In this document: positions 38,801 through 43,928 of the stretch, in pieces
Layout: every line of letters starts with the position of its first letter
Position numbering within the stretch: position 1 is the first letter of the stretch
IMG/VR virus record: IMGVR_UViG_3300014720_001630
Coordinates: 1-59,454 of that record
Origin: a virus
Taxonomy: Duplodnaviria; Caudoviricetes
Strand: one strand, 5' to 3'
DNA: 59,454 nucleotides
Made by a program: the position numbers and the translations under genes
The notes under the pieces: generated by a model
What the model was told of the DNA's origin: nothing
Seen by the model: the letters and a program-made list of their open reading frames with translations, nothing else
Databases searched by the model: none

Positions 38801-39738
38801 TCATCCTGCAATTCAAGTCGTACCCCATGAACTACATTTCGCTCCTGCGGAAGAACGCCACGCAGATGGGGCCGGAGGGTAAGGCGGCGTTCATCATGAT
38901 GATCGGCATGATGCTGCTCGGCGGTGGCCTGCTCGGGCTGCCGTTCGCGGAGGATATGGCGGACTTGTTCGACCAGGTTGCCAAGATCGTGACCGACGAG
39001 AACGAGGGTGCCGTGCATACCCTCGCGGCCATGATGGAGGACTGGAGGCTTGGCAAGTACGGCGCGGAGATGATGCTGCGCGGCGTGTCCCGTCCGACCG
39101 GCGTGGATCTGTCGCGCACGCTCGGCATGGGCAACATCGCACCGCGCATGGACAACCCGGTCGCGGTGCTCGGGCCGACGGCATCGGCCCTGCTCGCTGG
39201 TCCGTACTACGGCTACAAGCGCCTCGACACGGGCCAGTCGGTCGCGTCTGCGGCAATGGAGGTGGCACCCCGCGCGCTCAAGGGACCGCTACAGGCGGCT
39301 GCCGTGCTGCCGGAGGAAGGGCTTGTCAGCCGGACGGGGCGCCAGATCATTCCCCCGTCCGAGGTGAGCACGGGCGCCAAGGCGGCCCGCGCCCTAGGCT
39401 TCCAGCCGACCGAGTTCTCGCGCGAGTACGAGGCCCGCGGCTACCGGCAGGACGTGCAGGCCAAGGCGCTGGCCGAGGCGACAAGGCTCAAGTCCCAGTA
39501 CCAGCGGCTCAACGCGCTGGCCTACGACCAAGAGCGCGCCGGCGACAAGGACAAGGCCGAGCAAACCAAGCTGCGCGCCCGTCGCGTGGCCGAGAACATG
39601 GCTGCCAAGGGCATTGCCGTGCCGCGTGGGCGCGATGCCGTCGGTCCAAATGTGGACCCCGAGGCGGCGGCAGTCCGGCAGGCGCCCCGTCGCGTGCGCG
39701 AGCGGATGATGGATAGTCCGTATCCGGGGCGGGAGTAG
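32872..39738 (+). CDS. Giant (2288 aa) ejection / large polyvalent protein
   Basis: Last late gene. PPDDL repeats, zincin-like LRHESLHY...EEAIA, C-terminal LQFKSYP...GLLGLPF...ALGFQP region. Confidence 0.85.
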   Translation: MAQSIAPPDDLVSPPDDLVAVKGPPDDLIQPPDDLVAAPAQRGFFEALGAGATAGVEALGEQAGTLGALATGRAAEAAVEGAKPPTALDERTRDMSIWQKITDPEWLAYNIGQTAPQSAPFLGGAIAGGAAGSLAGPVGTLIGAMVGGGGAAGAQQLAEAYNEARRAGQDHDKAVDTAMIAGLASAGINAASVPAGLLRIAKGPIQYALTQMAVQPAIGGAEQAAQNVIARERGVDPDRPIGQGVPEAIALEALFEGPAQAAGTFAGRRALPQGQQPPPDLVAPTEAEPAAVEPPAKAPDINEPFGFEIEPGRVVPARVLEYFEQDGTLYARLAEETPDAAAMSTPEVVAVDDMLGLVRDAVPEPEGRARPTEAEPVSLTDEAARFGEGVPDEPESPQGRLAVETPQGPLQMRIENLSPRTLDGAVRANYEAAERLERDPVVALDRYMSQQGMSPEEAEAAVQRDIAKFRENGRMYEAERRRRQGEETPDVDPRAGLTPLLRQRPEVSEADTGPLTRPRPEGPGPVQGALGPVAGSEAETGVPLTRPRREAPLMTMRGGVPVSTELAGRQPTPRQARLQPQEQRVRTPEEVEADRQAAEARAAEAKRRAEPAAVRYFDYDKKKSFVKMLDRTVGKRNYTLEKSGGGWRATVKDGVKLTEGQREALDASLNAQRQRRTKASETAKARGPSQKSMSLLESIAQRGIRAGSPAAQRLGEPTLARWKPEKALGPGRYSRLIVQEGDPRWQNAVTETDQLAGFLEGIDPLYIGEEYRGNKSAYERVEELIGEELSGNRQMPLDYYDSEQAAADRAQALVDQYGNEADATDIDAALDARDVVDPDDPSTYMDYEPPPVSDAEWASIMEEYDVGQRDAGGEASPRAEESAVGEGRDGEARVEAREAGTGAAAAGETEAAGAPVRGTTETVRNVVGATEQGVIPGTEQSAKQAQAARDAKGGLRATVEQKKADEGLFSPPAIAQETLPMSPDQLFVQMGERQYPVKSLAEASDKFARARDTYGEGASKTPTPIVVDGRGDVVGYIAYNGKVFPGRPQDWQEGVKPLFTPGEPEAPRLIAKPDDQNPLFELQSTARETERMSEQAVRDAIAAIAGPEAAKRAVVEPGTDGIRGSFDPADGVISVAVRSPDMRGTLRHESLHYLKSMGAFSPTEWATLEKAAVEWREKYDIDRRYNEDTVTDVSPETLERIRKEEAIAAAYAEWARGDMPGLAPKIRALFERIRAILDAIRARVMGSPETARAIFYNIDNGKYVAAATRADRARFASAVADADMAAATVAADGEQAVGGNVPRKEAAALRMFEREPIEKRTGPRWLSWGTRIASFPLARAANDPMFAPYVNAELSRQKRESAITRTIQTGVEPIFRLPTKEQNEVRKALELIALNNSFPPVINGRMTVQNQSGKIARLTGPKRIVRLSPEATKAMLSYKAGMDAAWDAYATGAVRNATNYTGDMTVEAAQAAAQQAVAAGQKSATKDAETAALILQAAKEQKRRGYYPAMRDGDTQVIVRRKLTPEFARIIGMARSRGYPKGEPLTAEGLDKFVDAARTTKDIEFWSGLRSDFDDARGEKGVVSVNDDMVWNEHFYVKPPFMGEVIPMTERARQRATEAKKAEVAELMTRRGLDMREYEIVTRPVRESLQDTINDQSVPVFEKLLKVATDGDPKMFAELWPQMRDAIAKELVSGFRKRSDVVPGFSMDIGDTLSRYSHAVGNVAAKLEYKKGIDESLRSIMENHPDPAMRGSNGYAARLKDYVDNPAQDYNALKSFGFMYYLAGVPSTAVQNMAQVPMLMVPQMTGLLGVRGAGIVRQAWTDSLRGVTFGKGGVRMDVSKLGKTPAERAFLKRMDDEGQISASVTRELMGRDYDVGPRLEAAQGFWRKTYTVAASMFDAAESLNRATALLAGYRAAQVPGADAKLKKVYGQNQNYREMANRDGTIDPEAFGEFFSREVNFEGSRVNRPEALRGAGGVILQFKSYPMNYISLLRKNATQMGPEGKAAFIMMIGMMLLGGGLLGLPFAEDMADLFDQVAKIVTDENEGAVHTLAAMMEDWRLGKYGAEMMLRGVSRPTGVDLSRTLGMGNIAPRMDNPVAVLGPTASALLAGPYYGYKRLDTGQSVASAAMEVAPRALKGPLQAAAVLPEEGLVSRTGRQIIPPSEVSTGAKAARALGFQPTEFSREYEARGYRQDVQAKALAEATRLKSQYQRLNALAYDQERAGDKDKAEQTKLRARRVAENMAAKGIAVPRGRDAVGPNVDPEAAAVRQAPRRVRERMMDSPYPGRE

Positions 39739-39745
39739 GGCAGCG

Positions 39746-39808
39746 CCCCGGCAGGAGCTTGCGCCTGTGCCGGGGGCCTATCCGCTAGGCGCGGAAGGTG
39801 CGCCTAGC
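39746..39808. other. Two GC-rich hairpins at the convergence of the late operon and the leftward RNA
   Basis: CCCCGGCA/TGCCGGGG (39746-39775) and GCTAGGCGC/GCGCCTAGC (39784-39808). Neither strand has a U-tract. Confidence 0.7.
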
Positions 39809-39814
39809 ACAAGC

Positions 39815-39921
39815 GTTGCGAGCCAGTCGGGGCATCCCATTTGACTGGAGCGCGCGTCCTCAGTTCGCCGTGCACGACTCCCTGAGTAGGCACCCTTAGC
39901 CGCTGTTTCCAGCCTCGCAAC
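39815..39921 (-). ncRNA. Candidate structured non-coding RNA (multi-helix junction, about 107 nt core)
   Basis: TATAAT promoter 6-7 nt upstream. GUUGCGAG/CUCGCAAC closing helix, GCUG-GAAA-CAGC, CUCAG/CUGAG and CCAGUC/GACUGG stems. Confidence 0.7.
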
Positions 39922-39927
39922 CCCCGC

Positions 39928-39969
39928 ATTATACAAGTCGTTGCACCACATGCAACAGCGGGGTATAAA
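39928..39969. promoter_or_regulatory. Overlapping divergent promoters with a palindromic operator
   Basis: Leftward TTGCAT-N16-TATAAT (39955-39928), rightward TTGCAC-N17-TATAAA (39941-39969), palindrome GTTGCA-N5-TGCAAC at 39940-39956. Confidence 0.8.
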
Positions 39970-39975
39970 TACCCC

Positions 39976-40179
39976 ATGACGCTGGAGCAATACCGCCAAG
40001 TCCAAGGGCTTACGAACAACCGCCTCGCGGTCCTGATCGGCGTGGACAAGTCCACCATCAGCCGCCTGCGCCGCGGCGTGACGCGGCCCACGAGCGACAC
40101 CGCGCGCCTCATCGTGGCCGTGACGAACGGGGCCGTGACGATGGCGGATCTGTATGGGCAGGCCGATGCGGAAGCGTAG
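39976..40179 (+). CDS. Cro/YdaS-like HTH regulator, probably leaderless
   Basis: LA.LIGVDKSTISRLRRG..RP...I...TNGAVTMADL. ATG lies 6 nt after the -10 hexamer and there is no SD. Confidence 0.9.
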   Translation: MTLEQYRQVQGLTNNRLAVLIGVDKSTISRLRRGVTRPTSDTARLIVAVTNGAVTMADLYGQADAEA

Positions 40180-40291
40180 GCTCGTGCGCCGGCCGCGCCT
40201 TGAGTTGGGCCGCGTTGGGCTGCTGCGGCAGGCGTTGACCACCGCATATTGGCATCGTGAAGCACGACATGCGTTTTGGGGGATGCAATGA
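40166..40291 (+). CDS. Possible 41-aa Arg-rich micro-protein
   Basis: MRKRRLVRRPRLE...; bridges the gap, ATGA overlap with the next gene. Confidence 0.4.
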   Translation: MRKRRLVRRPRLELGRVGLLRQALTTAYWHREARHAFWGMQ

Positions 40292-40671
40292 GCTTCAAGG
40301 TCCGCCTCAAGGGCGCCGAGCCCGAGAAGAAAGCCGACATCGTGGCCGCCGCCCGCGAGGTGCTGGAGAACAGCCGCGCGCTACTGCTGTGCAAGCCGCA
40401 CTACACGGTCGGCCAGCCGCAATTTTTTGGGCTCTATCGCAAGAAGCTGCATGTCCTGCGCACAATCAACGCGGACGGGTATCAACCGTTCGAGAAGCGC
40501 AACGACCGGACTCTGGCGTTCGCCATCGCCATCCTCGTGGCCGACGAGAAGGGGCCGACCAAAGCCGAGACGAAGTGGCTGTCATGGGCCGACGAGCGCG
40601 GCGTCATCTGCCATGTCGTCAAAACCTGGGGCGAGTTCCGGCACGCGGTCGGGGAGTTGTCGGAGATTTAG
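40288..40671 (+). CDS. Degenerate VRR-NUC-like protein
   Basis: C-terminal GPTKAETKWL.....RGVICHVVKTWGEF resembles the VRR-NUC tail; no clear PD-(D/E)xK motif. Confidence 0.5.
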   Translation: MSFKVRLKGAEPEKKADIVAAAREVLENSRALLLCKPHYTVGQPQFFGLYRKKLHVLRTINADGYQPFEKRNDRTLAFAIAILVADEKGPTKAETKWLSWADERGVICHVVKTWGEFRHAVGELSEI

Positions 40672-40976
40672 AATACAAACGCTTTCGGTTCTGTGCTCGG
40701 CCCCATGTTTTGCGAGGTCCGCGGGCAACCGTAGCCTTTGCATGTCCGCTCTGCCCCTGCCGGGCAAACGCACCCCGGCATCGGCTGTTGCGGCGTGATC
40801 CCCACCGACCGCGCCGCCTCTGCCGCCTCAAGCGCCTTGAGCCGCTTGTCGATGTCGTCCAGCCGGCGCTCGATCGCCAGCACCATCTGTCCCGTCATGG
40901 CCGTCGAGCGGCTGCATGTATCCGCCAGCACCGACAGTTGGGACGCAAGCGTGCGGATGCGGTCGTGATCAAGCAT
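40668..40976 (-). CDS. Hypothetical coiled-coil protein with a C-terminal Cys cluster
   Basis: GCVCP.....C...GCP. Confidence 0.7.
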   Translation of the reverse strand: MLDHDRIRTLASQLSVLADTCSRSTAMTGQMVLAIERRLDDIDKRLKALEAAEAARSVGITPQQPMPGCVCPAGAERTCKGYGCPRTSQNMGPSTEPKAFVF

Positions 40977-41214
40977 GGCTCACCACCCTCGCCAGCATCT
41001 CGGGGTCGGGATCGCGCACGTCCTTGAGGCGGTCGGCAACGAGGTTGCTGATCGTCTCGCGCTCGCCCGTCACGGGGTCGATCACGCGCACGTCGTACAT
41101 CTCGGGATGGCTTGTGCTCGGCCATGTCCGGCCGCAGACGTAGCCCTCGCGGCCGTCCACGGTGACGCGCGACAGGAGAGGGATTGAGGGGTTGCGGGGG
41201 CGCAGCATGGTCAC
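40969..41214 (-). CDS. Hypothetical protein
   Basis: GGAGGAG SD; GTGA overlap with the recT stop. Confidence 0.65.
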   Translation of the reverse strand: MTMLRPRNPSIPLLSRVTVDGREGYVCGRTWPSTSHPEMYDVRVIDPVTGERETISNLVADRLKDVRDPDPEMLARVVSHA

Positions 41215-42344
41215 TCCTCCCCGCCGGCCGAGTTCATAAACTGCTCCAGCGCGGAGTGCAGGTCGGGGCGCGCGGTCTTGAGGTTGGCGAGGACGATGGC
41301 GTTCGTCGCCCACACCTTCTTCATGTCCGGCGCGTCGGAGAGCACGGCCTGCATGGCGGCGGCGTAGCCCGGCCAGTCGGGCGTGCCGTCCGGCTTGTTG
41401 GGCACCGGCAGGATCTTGGCGCGGGTGGTCTTGGGCGGGGTGCCCTGAGCCGGCGCGGGCTGCGGCGCCACGCGGGCGGCGAGCGCGTCCACCTGTGCGG
41501 CGGCCTTGGCCTGCGCGGGTGCAGGCTGCGGTGCGGGCTCGGGCTCCGGCGCGGGTTCCGGCTCGGGTGCCACGGCCTCCTCCCAGTCGGTCACGTCCAC
41601 GGCACCGTCGGGCATGACGCCGGGGATGGGGGCGCCGTCGATCGTCTCGCCGTCGAACTCCGAAAGGGCCGACGCGATGCGCTCCACCTCGGGGCTGCGC
41701 GGCATGTACTTGCTGGCCCGGCGCACGACCGTCTTGCGCCACATCTCCTCCTCGTCCGTCACCCAAGGGCCGACGACTTGCCCGTCCTTGGTCTTGGCCG
41801 ACGAACGGTTGCGGATGGCGAGCACCTGGTCCTTGTCCATGTACTCGAAATCGACTGTGCCGTTGGTCATGTGCCAGACACAGTAGACGCCGACGAGCGC
41901 GCCGCGGTCCTTGGGGGCGGGCTTGTGCTTGATCTCCTTGGCCGTGCCGAGGGTCTGGTCGAACTCGTCGTTCTCGCGGACGGTGTGCGCGTAGATGGTG
42001 CGGATCTGGCCGGACTGGCGGGCGAGTTTCATCAAGCCGCCGTAGCGCGGCGAGAAACGGGCGATGTAGCCGCCGGCGCGCTTGTCGTACTGCTTGAGGA
42101 TGTCGGCCTCGCCGAGAGCGGGGTTAAGCGACAGGCCCAACTCGGCGGCGTCACGGCAGGCTTTGAACAGGCTGCGCCGGTCCACGGTAAGCAGGTCGGG
42201 GTTGGCCGTGACGGCAGCGATCACGACGGCCTCGAACTTCTCGGGCTTGACGTGCGAGGGCAGCATCTTCGCCATCGTCGGGAAGGCGGCGGCGAACTCG
42301 GACTTGAATTGGTTGAACGGTGCGACGGCGGTGGATTGGGACAT
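41211..42344 (-). CDS. recT: RecT-family single-strand annealing protein
   Basis: LGLSLNPALGEA, YGGLMKLARQSG, VRENDEF, GPWVTDEEEMWRKTVVRRASKYMP. Confidence 0.95.
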   Translation of the reverse strand: MSQSTAVAPFNQFKSEFAAAFPTMAKMLPSHVKPEKFEAVVIAAVTANPDLLTVDRRSLFKACRDAAELGLSLNPALGEADILKQYDKRAGGYIARFSPRYGGLMKLARQSGQIRTIYAHTVRENDEFDQTLGTAKEIKHKPAPKDRGALVGVYCVWHMTNGTVDFEYMDKDQVLAIRNRSSAKTKDGQVVGPWVTDEEEMWRKTVVRRASKYMPRSPEVERIASALSEFDGETIDGAPIPGVMPDGAVDVTDWEEAVAPEPEPAPEPEPAPQPAPAQAKAAAQVDALAARVAPQPAPAQGTPPKTTRAKILPVPNKPDGTPDWPGYAAAMQAVLSDAPDMKKVWATNAIVLANLKTARPDLHSALEQFMNSAGGEE

Positions 42345-42493
42345 CAACGGCCTCCAAGAAGGTCAGCGGTGGAAGGGACAGGCCCGTAAGTGAACGTGTA
42401 GCGGGTGACAGGAGCGGACGCCGCATCGACGCCGACCATGAAGCCGGCGGAGAAGAAGATGGCGGCGAAGGCCAGCCATGCGAGGTGGGTCAT
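42344..42493 (-). CDS. 49-aa membrane/secreted micro-protein (not in the ORF track)
   Basis: MTHLAWLAFAAIFFSAGFMVG...; coupled at both ends. Confidence 0.6.
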   Translation of the reverse strand: MTHLAWLAFAAIFFSAGFMVGVDAASAPVTRYTFTYGPVPSTADLLGGR

Positions 42494-43458
42494 GCCGACG
42501 CTCCCTTCCTCGGCCTACCCGCCGTGCTGCGAATCTGACACCGCCGGAAACCCTCGCGGCCCCCAATGGTCTGGCCGACCATCTCCTCGGTGACGAGTTT
42601 CCCTGGCGAGCCTTGCGTGTAGCCGAGATCCACCTTGACGCCGCCGATCATGGCGACGGAAGCGGTGTCCGCGAGCGCCCACAGATTTCCCTTAGCCTCG
42701 GCGCGCAGCTTCTTGCCGCGCTCCTCCAACTTGGCGCCGACCTTGAGCTTGCGGACCCATTGCTCGGCCTCGTCGGTGGGCAACTCCACCACGCGGTCCT
42801 CGGTGCGCTTGAACAATTGCGCGACACCATCGGCGTCGGCAAACCAGTCCACGGGCGGCTCGGTGCCGGCGGCAACGTCGGACCAGAACTGGCGTATGGC
42901 GGCGCGTATGGCGTCGATGATGGGCTCGGAACGCTGGATGAGCATGCGCCGGACCATGCCGCCGCAGTACCCGACGAGCCAGCCTTGCGGCTTGCCGGTG
43001 AGCATGAGTTGGTGCTGCACCTGCGCGATGTACGCGACGGGCGCTTGGATGATGTCCTCGCCCTCCCAGTCCCACGCATTGTCGGGATCGTCGTTGCCCC
43101 AACCCGTGCTGAACTTGACCTCGACCGGCTCGTGGCCCTGCATCGTCTCGTAGTCGAGGGAAGCGCCAGCGCGCAGGTCGGTGTCGGCGATGTACCGATG
43201 CACCTTGCGCAGCGGCCAGTCCCACTTGTCGGCCGCCCACGCAGCGAGCGCCGGTTCCATGTGGCGGCCCGTCAGCACGGCGGCATTCTTGTCGAGCGAG
43301 TCCGGCTCCAGCGTGCCGCGCTTCTCGTGCCACAGTCGCCAGCGCGTCTTGAACTTGGACAGGCCGAGCAGGATGGCGACTTCGCTGGCCCCTATGTGCT
43401 GGCGGCGTAGCTCGTGCCAGTGCGCCTCGTCGCGGACTTCGGTGGTGGTGATGGTCAT
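42490..43458 (-). CDS. YqaJ-family (lambda exonuclease-like) recombinase nuclease
   Basis: W..LR...IGASE, G..MEP, ASLD, EVK, Y.AQVQHQL. Confidence 0.93.
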   Translation of the reverse strand: MTITTTEVRDEAHWHELRRQHIGASEVAILLGLSKFKTRWRLWHEKRGTLEPDSLDKNAAVLTGRHMEPALAAWAADKWDWPLRKVHRYIADTDLRAGASLDYETMQGHEPVEVKFSTGWGNDDPDNAWDWEGEDIIQAPVAYIAQVQHQLMLTGKPQGWLVGYCGGMVRRMLIQRSEPIIDAIRAAIRQFWSDVAAGTEPPVDWFADADGVAQLFKRTEDRVVELPTDEAEQWVRKLKVGAKLEERGKKLRAEAKGNLWALADTASVAMIGGVKVDLGYTQGSPGKLVTEEMVGQTIGGREGFRRCQIRSTAGRPRKGASA

Positions 43459-43634
43459 TGCGGCACCGCATCCAACTCCGCAAGCGCGGCAGTTAAAGCC
43501 GCCACCTCCGGCTCATCCAAAATGATAACGGCGTGGTTGGCATCGTTTGCTTCGGCGTCTCGACGCATTAAAGCTAACAATGCCCGCGCGCTTGTAATGA
43601 CGGCAAGCGCCGCATGTTCTTCGGCATGGGTCAC
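43455..43634 (-). CDS. Hypothetical protein
   Basis: Coupled overlaps at both ends. Confidence 0.55.
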   Translation of the reverse strand: MTHAEEHAALAVITSARALLALMRRDAEANDANHAVIILDEPEVAALTAALAELDAVPQ

Positions 43635-43696
43635 AGGATCACCGCGCCCACGGCCATGATCGCCAACGACAGCAGCACCCATTCGAGCGGGGTCAT
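43631..43696 (-). CDS. 21-aa single-TM peptide
   Basis: AAGGAGG SD; translates MTPLEWVLLSLAIMAVGAVIL. Confidence 0.5.
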   Translation of the reverse strand: MTPLEWVLLSLAIMAVGAVIL

Positions 43697-43697
43697 G

Positions 43698-43874
43698 TCA
43701 GTCCTCCTTCTCAGCCAGTTTGGTCATCAAATCCGCGACAGCCTCGGCCTCCGTCGGCCCGTAGCCGTACAGACCTTCCTCCTCGTAGCCGTCCTCCCAC
43801 GCCTGCCAGTCGAACCGGCGGTCGGGGATCGGCGGATGCGTAAACTCGGTCTTGATCGTGGCGCGGGGTTTCAT
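43698..43874 (-). CDS. Small phage protein (PPIP.R.FDW.A...GYG.TE.EA.ADL pattern)
   Basis: GACAGGGAG SD; first gene after a promoter. Confidence 0.75.
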   Translation of the reverse strand: MKPRATIKTEFTHPPIPDRRFDWQAWEDGYEEEGLYGYGPTEAEAVADLMTKLAEKED

Positions 43875-43895
43875 TTGCACTCCCTGTCTCGGCAA

Positions 43896-43925
43896 ACCAT
43901 GCAACACTCATTATCCCCCTGTCAA
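43896..43925 (-). promoter_or_regulatory. Promoter for the recombination operon
   Basis: TTGACA-N18-CATGGT in an AT-rich gap; overlaps ATGCAACACT. Confidence 0.55.
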
Positions 43926-43928
43926 CAC

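Noticed and set aside
39855-39912. Hammerhead ribozyme (CUGAGGA and GAAA both occur on the - strand)
   Set aside because: The required stems I and III cannot be formed around them, and both elements are better explained inside other helices.
39815-39921. tRNA or tmRNA
   Set aside because: No T-loop GUUC.A, no anticodon-arm geometry and no CCA end.
39778-40394. Minus-strand ORFs 39778-40242 and 39804-40394 as a CI repressor
   Set aside because: They overlap the Cro-like gene antisense, start upstream of the leftward promoter and have no HTH or peptidase motifs.
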